From an uncultured Bacteroidales bacterium (GTDB lineage: Bacteria; Bacteroidota; Bacteroidia; Bacteroidales; GCA-2748055), in NCBI GenBank assembly GCA_963771005.1, contig CAVYRO010000002.1, positions 1,550,299 through 1,614,298 on the forward strand: DNA of 64,000 nt, written 5' to 3'. A program made the translations under genes and the position numbers. Numbering within the stretch: the first letter of the stretch is position 1; every line of letters starts with the position of its first letter. This document shows, piece after piece, positions 10,348 to 19,848 of this stretch. The notes beneath the pieces are model-generated. The model worked only from the letters and a program-made list of their open reading frames with translations, had not been told where the DNA came from and made no database searches.

Positions 10348-11028
10348 ATGATAAAGAATACATTAATAATTTTTTTATGTCTGCAAACCCTTGCCGGTTT
10401 TCCCCAGGAGATCGTAAACCCTGATTTTACCTTTAAGTCCCATCCCACCCTTAAGATCATGAAGATCATCAGGAACGAAAAGGGAACCTACCTCTTAATG
10501 CGTATCACAAGCCAGAAACCTGAGGCGACCTTTTGTGTAGATCCGAATACGGTTATCCTGCTGGCAGACAACACAAAATTGCCTCTGGAGGAAACTGTGA
10601 ACATACCCCGTTGCCCTGAAGAACATACCTTTCACAAACCCGGCGAGGCGCTCCCCTTCGTTCTGAGGTTTCCTTCCCTTCCCGGAGGAACACTGTCCGT
10701 CGATGTTGTTGAAAATTGCGAACACGACTGTCTCTCGATCATTGGGCTTATCACCGACCCCGACTTAAATACCGTACTTCACACCGCTCATAATGCATGG
10801 GCAACAGGTGATCCCGAAAAGGCATTGCAATCCTATCAGGCTGTTCTGCAGAAAATAAAAGGGAAAAATCTCTCCCTGGAAACAGGTCTCTATTCCTATA
10901 TCATCCAAATATGGAATGAAGGGGGAAACAATTCCATGGTAAAAGAATGGATCCGGAAGTTGAAATCTGAGAAGCCACCCTATTACGAAAAACTCGTCGC
11001 CGATCTGGAGAAGGCGGGCATGAAATAG
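10348..11028 (+). CDS. secreted hypothetical protein with helical (TPR-like) C-terminus
   Basis: A signal peptide is present. I recognise no family. Confidence 0.35.
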   Translation: MIKNTLIIFLCLQTLAGFPQEIVNPDFTFKSHPTLKIMKIIRNEKGTYLLMRITSQKPEATFCVDPNTVILLADNTKLPLEETVNIPRCPEEHTFHKPGEALPFVLRFPSLPGGTLSVDVVENCEHDCLSIIGLITDPDLNTVLHTAHNAWATGDPEKALQSYQAVLQKIKGKNLSLETGLYSYIIQIWNEGGNNSMVKEWIRKLKSEKPPYYEKLVADLEKAGMK

Positions 11029-11057
11029 GAAAATTTTTCGTTCGAAATCACCCGTAA

Positions 11058-11133
11058 TGACAGGTCGCGACCTGTTATCCAACGTAGACAGGTCGCAACG
11101 TAAATTCGCCGGGTAACAGGTCGCGACCTGTCA
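11058..11133. repeat. REP-like palindromes (ACAGGTCGCGACCTGT), two full and one partial copy between convergent genes
   Basis: tgacaggtcgcgacctgtta, gacaggtcgcaacg and taacaggtcgcgacctgtca. The same palindrome recurs at 15071-15086 and 40431-40462. Confidence 0.8.
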
Positions 11134-11167
11134 GTACGGAGGGGGATCGAACGAAAAAATGATCCCT

Positions 11168-12778
11168 TTAAAAATTCAAATCCACGCCTACGCCGATAAA
11201 TATATTGTTTTTATAATATGTTTCCCGGGTCTGGTAGGTCGTTCCTCCAAATTCATGGGGCACCTTTTTTTCTCCATTCCTGTAAAAAGTATAACCCACT
11301 CCCAGGTTGATCCCAATCATATCATTGAGTGTATATTTAGCCCCTATGCCTGTAGTACTTGAGGAAAGGCTGTAGTTAAGATCGCTTTGGTAATTCGTAT
11401 TCACACCGGTATGTGCCAGCAGGTATCCTGCACTTACAAGGAGTTTCTGCGAGAGGCTGTATTCCAGTCCCCCTGCGAGTTCGTAATAGTTGTGATCGAT
11501 CACCTTTTCGTTAGCCACAATTTCTCCATCCATGGTTTTACCATAATTGGCCTTGAGGTCGAAATAATAATGTCCCCCAAGGGTTGCACGTAGTTTCTCA
11601 GACACTTTATAACTTAATCCGGCAGATAGCATGGCGGGCATGTCACTCCTCGTTTTCTGACCATCGGGAAACATGGTCACCTTTGTTCCTTCTGCGGTAA
11701 ACCCGGTTGTGAAATCCTTTGCCGTATTATTTGTCAATTCTATTTTAGTTGCAAACTCATATTTGATCCCGATATTCAGCCTGTCATTGGGCGAAATATC
11801 CACCCCGATTACCGGTGTGATACCCGTTCCGGTTTGCTCAACATCGGCCTCCTGGTCGCCAAGTAACTGTGCTTTGGCTGTGTATGTGGCCACAACCTGA
11901 TTAAAAGCTCCCTCTGCCTGAGCAATGGTGAATCCTGCCGGATTGACACCGAACTGCTGAAGTCCTGCCGTGAGGGCATCCCTTTGTTCCGCGGAAAGAT
12001 AACCAAAGCTGACTGCCTGATCAAAGGTAAGGCCGCCTCCGCCCGCAGTGACCAGCTGGCCTAACTGACCGGCAGGTACTGCAGCCAGGTTGGCTAATCC
12101 CTGCAAAACAGCGTCCGCCCTTGTCCATGTACCGCCCCCCATAAAATTGTTCACCTCAATATTTTTCAGATAACCGGAATAGGTATTCCTGGCTGTCACA
12201 TATCGGGCACCGCCAAAAACTGATATCATGTCGTTGATCTTGAATGATATACCCGCCTGGTACCCAAAGAAAACCGAAGTTCCTTCGAAATAAGTATCGA
12301 GCCGGTACCCGCTGACACCGGTTGATGCCAGTGAAGGTACCAGGTCAGACGGGCTCATCTCAAAAGAAGGAAGACCTTTATCAAATGTAGCGCCGCCGCC
12401 ACCGCCTATGGGATTGAATCCGAATGAGAAAGCCAGCCTGTCCATCTTATAAACAGCGTAAATCCCCGGGAACAGGGGAGCTGAAACTTTTCCCCGGTAC
12501 ATGGATTGATTCAATCCGTAAGCATCACCGGGTCCTGCATAATAATTTTCCACCTCTTTTTTCTGGGAGATGTATTGGTTTGAAACAGAGATGTGGAAAC
12601 CGTTGCTTAATTTCATCACACCGGCCGGATTGAAATATACAGCCTCGATGCCCGTTGAGGCATCCTGTGAAGGCATCCTGACCCAGGAAGCACTCTGGTT
12701 GGTGTTCGTCAGCAGCCCTCCTGCAAACATGGTGCTGCAGAAACCTACAGATAGTGCAAGAATTAGTAGTTTTTTCAT
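11168..12778 (-). CDS. outer-membrane transport protein (FadL/OmpP1/TodX-like)
   Basis: The signal peptide MKKLLILALSVGFCSTMFAGG starts at 12778. The protein is a Gly-rich beta-barrel ending in a C-terminal aromatic (DLNF). Confidence 0.55.
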   Translation of the reverse strand: MKKLLILALSVGFCSTMFAGGLLTNTNQSASWVRMPSQDASTGIEAVYFNPAGVMKLSNGFHISVSNQYISQKKEVENYYAGPGDAYGLNQSMYRGKVSAPLFPGIYAVYKMDRLAFSFGFNPIGGGGGATFDKGLPSFEMSPSDLVPSLASTGVSGYRLDTYFEGTSVFFGYQAGISFKINDMISVFGGARYVTARNTYSGYLKNIEVNNFMGGGTWTRADAVLQGLANLAAVPAGQLGQLVTAGGGGLTFDQAVSFGYLSAEQRDALTAGLQQFGVNPAGFTIAQAEGAFNQVVATYTAKAQLLGDQEADVEQTGTGITPVIGVDISPNDRLNIGIKYEFATKIELTNNTAKDFTTGFTAEGTKVTMFPDGQKTRSDMPAMLSAGLSYKVSEKLRATLGGHYYFDLKANYGKTMDGEIVANEKVIDHNYYELAGGLEYSLSQKLLVSAGYLLAHTGVNTNYQSDLNYSLSSSTTGIGAKYTLNDMIGINLGVGYTFYRNGEKKVPHEFGGTTYQTRETYYKNNIFIGVGVDLNF

Positions 12779-12897
12779 AGGTAATTGTTTTTTGGTATAT
12801 AAAGCTAATATAGAGGGATTCATAGAAATGACAAAAACTATTTTGTGAATGGCGACCTTTTTGATTTATTTGCAATGCAAACGAAAGTCCCTGAAAC

Positions 12898-13791
12898 ATG
12901 ATCAAATTGATAATACCTCTCTTCCTGATCTTCACATTCTCTGCATGCAGGCCCCGGCCTGATTTCGATCCTGCGGTTTATAAGAAAGATATGGAAGAAT
13001 GGAAGGCCAATCGCCTGCAAAGACTGAAAAGTCCCGAAGGATGGCTTAATCTGGCCGGGTTGTACTGGCTCCGTGAAGGGGTGAACACCCTGGGTTCCGA
13101 CTCTGCCATGGATATTGTATTTCCGCAGGGCGCACCCGCTGCCGCCGGCAAGATCATCTTGAAGGGGGATAATCTTTTCTATGTACCCTCGCGGGGAATT
13201 CCGGTGACGATCAATGATAAGCAGGCCGGGGATTCTGTGAAGCTCAGAACGGACGCCTCGGACAAACCGACAATCATGAAGGCGGGTTCATTTGCCTGGT
13301 TCATCATTCAGCGGGGGGACCGTTACGGGATCCGGCTACGGAATTACAAAAATGTGCGGATCACAGAACTTACGCAGATCCCCTCGTTTCCCGTATCTCC
13401 GGAATGGAGAATTCCAGCAGAATATGTTCGCTTTAAGAGGGATAGTATTTTTGAGGTTCCGACTATGATCGGCGGAACCGAAAAATACAAATGCCCGGGT
13501 AAGCTGGTGTTCACCATAGGATCTGTTAAAACGGAACTCTTTCCTTTCAGTGAGGGGAATGAATTTTTTATCATTTTCGGTGACCGTACCAGCGGCAGGG
13601 AGACCTACCCGGCCGGACGTTTTCTTTATACTCCGAAACCCGGAAGGCATGATCATGTTATCCTTGATTTTAACAAGGCATACAATCCTCCGTGTGCCTT
13701 CAGTCCCTATGCCACCTGTCCACTCCCCCCGCCGCAGAACCGGTTAAAAGTGGCTATAATGGCAGGTGAAAAAAATGTGCACACGGAGTGA
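12898..13791 (+). CDS. DUF1684 domain protein (lipoprotein)
   Basis: LDFNKAYNPPCAFSPYATCPLPPPQNRLKVAIMAGEK is the signature C-terminus of DUF1684. A lipobox-like FSAC is present. Confidence 0.7.
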   Translation: MIKLIIPLFLIFTFSACRPRPDFDPAVYKKDMEEWKANRLQRLKSPEGWLNLAGLYWLREGVNTLGSDSAMDIVFPQGAPAAAGKIILKGDNLFYVPSRGIPVTINDKQAGDSVKLRTDASDKPTIMKAGSFAWFIIQRGDRYGIRLRNYKNVRITELTQIPSFPVSPEWRIPAEYVRFKRDSIFEVPTMIGGTEKYKCPGKLVFTIGSVKTELFPFSEGNEFFIIFGDRTSGRETYPAGRFLYTPKPGRHDHVILDFNKAYNPPCAFSPYATCPLPPPQNRLKVAIMAGEKNVHTE

Positions 13792-13794
13792 AGA

Positions 13795-13950
13795 ATTTGG
13801 TGATTTGGTGATTTGGTGATTTGGTGAGGGAGAAGAATTCTCAGAATGGATTGATTGATTGATTTGGTGATTTGGTGATTTGGTGATTTGGTGATTGAGA
13901 AGAACTCTCAGAATAGATTGAATGGTTGGTTGATTTGTTGATTGAGAATA
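13795..13950. repeat. microsatellite block (ATTTGGTG x n, GATT x n), same family as 3533-3780
   Basis: tttggtgatttggtgatttggtgatttggtga occurs twice, each followed by ..agaa(t/c)tctcagaat(g/a)gattga. Confidence 0.75.
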
Positions 13951-14669
13951 TTGTACCGAAATTGTTCAATGTGAGCCGCAGACTTGCTATTGGTGACGTT
14001 CATGGGTGTTACCTCACCCTGAAGAACCTGCTCGAGAAAAGGATCAGGATCTCGTATGGTGATGATATTTACCTTTTGGGAGATTATATCGACCGCGGAC
14101 CGCGCGCAAGGCAGGTCATCGAGTACATCATTCAGCTGAAACGGCAGGGTTTCAGGATCTTTCCCCTGATGGGCAATCATGAAGATATGATGCTCAAAAC
14201 GATCTCAGATGAAAATTACCTTTATTTATGGCATAAAAACGGGGCCCTGGAAACCCTTAAAACTTTCGATGTGCCGGCGGATATACTTTACGATTATGAA
14301 GCACTGGCTTATATCCCGGAAAATATAATCCGTTTTGTCTCGGGGCTGCCGCTGTTTTACAGCCTGGATGATTACATCCTCGTCCATGCAGGTCTGAATT
14401 TCAGTAATAATGATCCTTTTACCGATAAGGAATCGATGCTATGGATCCGTGATATGCATTACGCGGGTGAAAAAGCTGAACATAAAACCATTATTCACGG
14501 ACATACGCCCATGCCGTATGTGAGTATTCAAAATTCCCTGCGGAAAAAAAATGAAAGGGTCCTCAATCTGGATGCCGGTTGTGTCTACACAGAATTGCCG
14601 GGATATGGTAAACTACTGGGCATGGATCTCGGTACACGTGAACTCTTTATGCAGGAAAATATCGACTAA
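13926..14669 (+). CDS. metallophosphoesterase (PPP-family Ser/Thr phosphatase / ApaH-like)
   Basis: GDVHG, GDYIDRG, GNHE and HGH motifs. The true start may be the GTG at 13971 (MSRRLAIGDVHG). Confidence 0.75.
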   Translation: MVDLLIENIVPKLFNVSRRLAIGDVHGCYLTLKNLLEKRIRISYGDDIYLLGDYIDRGPRARQVIEYIIQLKRQGFRIFPLMGNHEDMMLKTISDENYLYLWHKNGALETLKTFDVPADILYDYEALAYIPENIIRFVSGLPLFYSLDDYILVHAGLNFSNNDPFTDKESMLWIRDMHYAGEKAEHKTIIHGHTPMPYVSIQNSLRKKNERVLNLDAGCVYTELPGYGKLLGMDLGTRELFMQENID

Positions 14670-14754
14670 AGACCCCAAAAAATCACTTCCTTCAGCGGGA
14701 GGATTTATTTATCAACACTCACACGGTGAAGAAAATGTTAATAAAAATAATTAG

Positions 14755-14929
14755 CCCTATGCTGTAAGCATCACCGATCTCAGTGGCCGTGTGATTGAAA
14801 CGCTCAACAGCGCAGGCAGTGGTTATCCCCGTCAGGATCAGTACAGACCATCCTGCCAACGGGGTTTATTTCCTTCGCATTGAAACCGGTGATGGGATCA
14901 TAAACCGGAAATTCGTGATCAGGAAATAA
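14755..14929 (+). pseudogene. orphan remnant of a T9SS C-terminal sorting domain (frameshifted, no upstream protein)
   Basis: ITDLSGRVIETLNSAGSG lies in one frame. VIPVRISTDHPANGVYFLRIETGDGIINRKFVIRK* lies in the next frame. Together they give a typical Por/T9SS tail (..GVYFLRI....K.VI.K). A stop codon sits immediately upstream at 14752-14754. Confidence 0.55.
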
Positions 14930-14934
14930 TGTAT

Positions 14935-15060
14935 GGGGAATGACCATCATTGCAGGGGAATGACCATCTGGCAGGGGATTGACCATCGTGGCGGGGGAAT
15001 GACCATCGTGGCGGGGGAATGACAATCATTGCAGGGGATTGACAATCATTGCAGGGGATT
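14935..15060. repeat. tandem repeat, about 6 copies of a 20-bp unit (GGGGAATGACCATCATTGCA)
   Basis: The units were read directly and are slightly degenerate. There are no unique spacers. Confidence 0.85.
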
Positions 15061-15070
15061 GTGCGAATTA

Positions 15071-15086
15071 ACAGGTCGCGACCTGT
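15071..15086. repeat. ACAGGTCGCGACCTGT palindrome at a convergent gene junction (possible bidirectional terminator)
   Basis: A perfect 16-nt palindrome, 21 nt from the stop of the SDR gene. Confidence 0.6.
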
Positions 15087-15106
15087 CACTGCGGGTCTGT
15101 GAAATT

Positions 15107-16033
15107 CTATTTGATCTGGAATTCGATACCGGTTAATTTTTCACTTTCTTTCCAGAGGCGTGCAGCCACGCCCATATCGCCCCTGACCGGATCGATCTCT
15201 TCTCCAGCGGGATATCCGCGCATGCTGCCCATACCCGAAGGGCCGTAGTACCGGCCGGTTCTCACCTCATTGGCTGTTGCAGCATAAAGCAAAGGCAGGG
15301 ACCCATCCTCGGCAGACTGCGCAAACCACTCACTAACATGTTTTTGGATCCAGCCTTGTACTTTTTTGCCTTCCATTTCAGGACCTGCTTCCTGCAGATG
15401 CGTGGCTGCCCATCCCGGATGAGCCGCCACCGAAAGAATCCGTTTGCTGGCCAGCCTGATCCTCTTGTCCAGTTCCAGCATAAACAGCAGGTTCGCCAAC
15501 TTGCTTTGTGCATAAGCCTCCCGTTTGGAATAAATTTTCTCCCGGTTTAGATCATCAAAATTTATCTCTCCTTTTTTATGAAGCAAGCTTGATACAGTTA
15601 CTATCCTTGAGCCCGGTTTCTTCGCTATAAGATCGAAGAGCAGCGCCGTTAAAACAAAGTGACCCAGGTGATTTACACCGAAATGCAATTCAAATCCCTG
15701 GGCGGTGCGTTGTTCGGGCAGATGCATCACACCGGCATTGTTAATGAGAACGTCGATCTTCGTAAAGAATTTGTGTACCTCAGTCGAAAAATTCCGGATG
15801 GATTCAATGTCTGCGAGATTGAGCTGTACCAGTGCGAGCCTGGCATGGGGGAGGTCTCTGCGTATGCGGTCCGCCGCTTCATTTGCCTTCGTCATATTGC
15901 GGCAGGCCATAATCACTTCAGCATGATTTTTCGCGAGATGATAGGTTGTCCAGTACCCGATACCGCTGTTTGCCCCGGTAACAACGATAACTTTCCCGGC
16001 CTGTCCGGGAATATTTTCAAATGACCATTTCAT
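15107..16033 (-). CDS. short-chain dehydrogenase/reductase (SDR) family oxidoreductase
   Basis: VTGANSGIG is the Rossmann motif. NNAG and the YAQSK catalytic Tyr-x3-Lys are present. Confidence 0.85.
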   Translation of the reverse strand: MKWSFENIPGQAGKVIVVTGANSGIGYWTTYHLAKNHAEVIMACRNMTKANEAADRIRRDLPHARLALVQLNLADIESIRNFSTEVHKFFTKIDVLINNAGVMHLPEQRTAQGFELHFGVNHLGHFVLTALLFDLIAKKPGSRIVTVSSLLHKKGEINFDDLNREKIYSKREAYAQSKLANLLFMLELDKRIRLASKRILSVAAHPGWAATHLQEAGPEMEGKKVQGWIQKHVSEWFAQSAEDGSLPLLYAATANEVRTGRYYGPSGMGSMRGYPAGEEIDPVRGDMGVAARLWKESEKLTGIEFQIK

Positions 16034-16063
16034 GGTAAATCTTTTGAATCAAACAGCGGAAAA

Positions 16064-18193
16064 TCAGGATTGTTTGATCAGATGTGATACACTTACAGGA
16101 AGAGAAAAGAAAAAACTGGTTCCTTTGCCGGGGACGGAATGGAACCATATTTCGCCCTTGTTACGAAGAATGAATTCCCGGGAGAGAGTGATGCCCAGGC
16201 CGCTTCCCTTTTCATTTTTCGTGCCGGGCAATGAAACCAGAACGGAAGAGTTGAGTATCTTATCCTGGCAATCTTCCGGAATGCCCGTGCCCGTATCTGT
16301 GACCCTGATAACGACCACATCCTTATGCACTTCAGCATAGATACTTACAACACTGCTTTCAGGAGAATATTTAACTGCATTTGAGATGAGGTTTCGAAGG
16401 ACGCTTTCAATGGAATAGCTGTCACAGAAGGCATTCGTATTCCCGGGGATATGGTTTTCTATGATGATGCCTTTGGTCACTGCGTAATTATTTACCGGAT
16501 CGCATGCGGCAACTGAGATTTCGTAAAGATCATTATTTTGGAAATCCAGGTGAATATCATCCAGATTCAAACGGGACCATTCCAGCAGCTTCTCAATCAT
16601 TCCAAAACCTTCAAGCCCCGATTTTTTAATCCGGTCCGCATACAACGAGATTTTTTCAGGTGGCGAATTTCTTCCCTCCGTCAGCAGGGATGAGAATCCT
16701 ACAATGGCGTTCAACGGATTTTTAAGGTCATGTGCCACGATGGAGAACAGCCGGTTCTTTGTGGCATTTGCCTCGGCAAGCTCACTATTCTTGTTTTGCA
16801 CCAGCAATTTTGCGAGGTAAACTTTGCGGTAAAGGAAACTGATGAGCAGTAAGACAATTACGCCAAAACCGAGAACAACGAGAAGCAGGGTTTTCTGTAG
16901 CTGGTCCTTTTTAAATTTAAGTTCCAGTATCTGATGACTGCTGCGAAGGTGTGAGATCTCCGCTTCTTTCTTCTTGTTCCTGTATTTTGCCTCCATCTCG
17001 GTAATCCTTTCACGGGTTTTCTCATCATTGAGCGAATCATAGTATGCATGATATCTCTTGAAGTAAGCATACGCTTCCTTCCTGTCGCCCTTTAGCTCGC
17101 TGATATCAGCGCCCAGCTTGTTGAAAAGCATGAGGAGTTCCTTATTGTTCACCGATCGGGCCTCTTCCATACCGGTATTCATGTATATCCTTGCACTGTC
17201 GGTATTCCCCGTTTTCAGAAAAAGGCTGCCCATTTGAAGCATGATCATGGAACTCAGGTAAGGATTGTTCTCCTTTTTATTGAGATCATAGGCAATTTGA
17301 AAATATTTTTTCGCACTGCTTATATCTTCAAGTAACATCGCATCCTCACCCAGACTTTCCAGGATCTGTACCTGGTATCTGCTATTCCCGGTTTTCCGGG
17401 TCAGCCGGTATGCCCGGGTATCATACGTCAGAGCCCACCTGTAATTTCCGGATTTCCGGTTAATATCCCCAAGATTAACCAGGGATACAATGAGACTGGA
17501 AGTATCACCGAGGGAGGAGAAAAGTTTGCCGGATTTTTTGATATAACTCATTGCCGAATCATACCTTTCGAGTGAAATATACACAACGGCAATATTGTTA
17601 TATACATTGGCCATAAATGCCGAATCCCCGGATTTTTCAGAAAGTTCAAGACTACGGTGATTGAATTCCAGCGACTGGTCAAAATCACCTGACCTCAGGG
17701 ATATCCGGCCCAGTTTAAGCAAAGCATTGGCAATTCTGGCAGTGTCCTTCATGGTCACAGACCTGTCATAAAATTCCTGGTACCGGATTTCCGCCGAACT
17801 AAAATCACCCATGCCGAAATAAGCATCACCGAGTTCCACAAGATAAGTAAGCATCCGGCTGCCGGATATCTCGATTCCGGCAGAGTCGGCTATGTAACCC
17901 AATATTTCTGTCACCCGGGTATAATTTCCGGATTTAAGGTCTTTTGCGGAGAGTGAAAATGCCGAGGAAAGCAGGAGATCCTCATCTCCGTACAATTTGG
18001 CGAACTGGTAAAGCTCCAGTTCAGGATCTTCTTCGCCTTTAATTTCCGTAGCGGTCCCGCCGGCAGGAGGGGTATAACTGGCATTATGTACAGAAGCACC
18101 GGAAAGCGAATGCGAACTTGAGAACCCAAATGAAAAAGGCGCCTGCAACAGTAGAACGATTACAACTGCCAGGATTTCTATCCTTTTTTGCAT
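16064..18193 (-). CDS. TPR-repeat sensor histidine kinase
   Basis: The domain order is signal peptide, multiple TPR-like repeats, TM helix, HisKA (FSIVAHDLKNP) and HATPase_c (DTGTGIP, GSGLGI). Confidence 0.8.
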   Translation of the reverse strand: MQKRIEILAVVIVLLLQAPFSFGFSSSHSLSGASVHNASYTPPAGGTATEIKGEEDPELELYQFAKLYGDEDLLLSSAFSLSAKDLKSGNYTRVTEILGYIADSAGIEISGSRMLTYLVELGDAYFGMGDFSSAEIRYQEFYDRSVTMKDTARIANALLKLGRISLRSGDFDQSLEFNHRSLELSEKSGDSAFMANVYNNIAVVYISLERYDSAMSYIKKSGKLFSSLGDTSSLIVSLVNLGDINRKSGNYRWALTYDTRAYRLTRKTGNSRYQVQILESLGEDAMLLEDISSAKKYFQIAYDLNKKENNPYLSSMIMLQMGSLFLKTGNTDSARIYMNTGMEEARSVNNKELLMLFNKLGADISELKGDRKEAYAYFKRYHAYYDSLNDEKTRERITEMEAKYRNKKKEAEISHLRSSHQILELKFKKDQLQKTLLLVVLGFGVIVLLLISFLYRKVYLAKLLVQNKNSELAEANATKNRLFSIVAHDLKNPLNAIVGFSSLLTEGRNSPPEKISLYADRIKKSGLEGFGMIEKLLEWSRLNLDDIHLDFQNNDLYEISVAACDPVNNYAVTKGIIIENHIPGNTNAFCDSYSIESVLRNLISNAVKYSPESSVVSIYAEVHKDVVVIRVTDTGTGIPEDCQDKILNSSVLVSLPGTKNEKGSGLGITLSREFILRNKGEIWFHSVPGKGTSFFFSLPVSVSHLIKQS

Positions 18194-18308
18194 AAGATGG
18201 TATTAGAGCATAAGAATCAGGTTAATGTCATTAAATGCAAGGGAATGACATGTATTTGAAGTGAGAATCAAAACATTATACGAAACTCACCCCAGAAGGT
18301 TATACCCT

Positions 18309-18347
18309 GTAAAGACGTAAAAAGACGTTGTATACAACGTCTCCCTC
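18309..18347. repeat. REP-like palindrome family 2 (AGACGTTG-N-CAACGTCT)
   Basis: gtaaagacgtaaaaagacgttgtatacaacgtctccctc. It is related to the 31131-31250 array. Confidence 0.7.
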
Positions 18348-18399
18348 TCCTCCCCCCCAGCCCCCCCCAGCTACAGCCTTCATAGTACCCTTGCCTTTC

Positions 18400-18918
18400 T
18401 CATTCACCAAACCTCGCGGCTACCTCTTTAAGCGTATCACCGGTCAGACGGTTAATGAGCCATTCATTCATGATCCGGGCACCAAGAGATTTATAAAATT
18501 GAATAGATGGTTCATTCCAATCCAGCACAGCCCATTCCAAGCGTCCGCAATCCCTCTCTACAGCAAGCCGGGCCAGGTAAGTAAGCAACTTCTTGCCGAA
18601 GCCCCTTCCGCGGAATTCTTCCAGAACGAAAAGATCTTCCAGGTAGATGCCGGGCCTGGCAAGAAAAGTGGAAAAATTATGAAAAAAAAGTGCAAATCCG
18701 GCGGGTTGGTTCTCATAATAACCGATGACTACTTCGGCAACGGCTTCATCACTGAAAAGAAATCGTTCCAGGGCAGCTTCCGTGGCAACCACTTCATGCG
18801 AGAGTTTTTCATATTCCGCCAGTTTTTTGATCAAATGGAGTATCAGTGCCGTATCTTCCTTTTCACCCTTCTTTATTACGAATCCAGGTATGCTTGTTTT
18901 CTCCATGTCTTTCATCAT
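18400..18918 (-). CDS. GNAT-family N-acetyltransferase (diamine/spermidine acetyltransferase-like)
   Basis: VLEEFRGRGFGKKLL is the acetyl-CoA-binding motif A. The start was taken at MMKDMEK. Confidence 0.75.
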   Translation of the reverse strand: MMKDMEKTSIPGFVIKKGEKEDTALILHLIKKLAEYEKLSHEVVATEAALERFLFSDEAVAEVVIGYYENQPAGFALFFHNFSTFLARPGIYLEDLFVLEEFRGRGFGKKLLTYLARLAVERDCGRLEWAVLDWNEPSIQFYKSLGARIMNEWLINRLTGDTLKEVAARFGE

Positions 18919-19010
18919 ACAAAAATTTGAGTTTCTTCCGAAAGTAGTCAAAAAAATTTTATATTGAGAAAGGTTAATGTATTTTTACTTAACAACCTTC
19001 TCCTAGCAAA

Positions 19011-19769
19011 ATGAAAAAACTATTGCTGATGATACCGGTGATAGCCCTGACCCTGGTTTCGTGCGGCCGGAAAGAAAACCAGCCTTTGAGGGGGCTCCTC
19101 ATTACCGGGAATGACCATCCCGCCCATAAGTGGAAAGAAACCACCCCGGCAATTCGTGCCATCCTTGAAAAAGATTCACTCGCCGTTATTACCGTAAGTG
19201 AAGATCCGGGCATACTGAAAGATGTCTCCATAGACGATTACGATTTTATCGTTCTGAATTATTGCAATTGGGAGGATCCGGACGGCCTTTCCGAATACGC
19301 TAAAGCAGGCTTTGTTTCCTACCTCCGGGCTGGAGGAGGATTGATCGTTCTGCATTTTTCAAACGGAGCTTTTAACGCTTCCCTGCCGGGAGCCGGAGCT
19401 TCCGACTGGCCCGAATACCGGAATATCGTACGAAGGGTTTGGAATCATAACGGCTTAAGCGCACATGATCCCTTCGGACCCTTCCGGGTGGATATTACAA
19501 AGGAAAAACATTTTATTACCGTCGGGGCAGTGCCGTTTGATACAAAGGATGAACTATACTTTAACCAGGAAGGGGATATGAGTCTGAAACCACTGATAAC
19601 GGCCCGTTCAAAGATTACCGGTGCAGACGAGCCGCTGGCGTGGGCTTATATTTATGGAAAAGCACGGGTATTTCAGACGCTTCTCGGCCACGGCGCTGAA
19701 TCATATGAAGCTGAGGAATTCAGGGGCATTCTGCGTAATGCTGTGAAATGGGTGACAAAAAATGACTGA
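19011..19769 (+). CDS. ThuA-domain protein (lipoprotein)
   Basis: Lipobox LVSCG, and a class-I glutamine amidotransferase-like ThuA pattern (LLITG..HP.H, FQTLLGHG). Confidence 0.6.
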   Translation: MKKLLLMIPVIALTLVSCGRKENQPLRGLLITGNDHPAHKWKETTPAIRAILEKDSLAVITVSEDPGILKDVSIDDYDFIVLNYCNWEDPDGLSEYAKAGFVSYLRAGGGLIVLHFSNGAFNASLPGAGASDWPEYRNIVRRVWNHNGLSAHDPFGPFRVDITKEKHFITVGAVPFDTKDELYFNQEGDMSLKPLITARSKITGADEPLAWAYIYGKARVFQTLLGHGAESYEAEEFRGILRNAVKWVTKND

Positions 19770-19848
19770 GCGAAAGAGAGTATAATATGAACCTACATCC
19801 TTTATTTCAGAGGCCGGCATGGCCGGCGGATAATATTCTCATATCATA

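Noticed and set aside
14935-15060. Possible CRISPR array (regular 20-bp repeats). The same question applies to the 33-bp units at 31131-31250.
   Set aside because: The units are directly tandem with no unique spacers, no cas genes are nearby, and the repeat length is too short.
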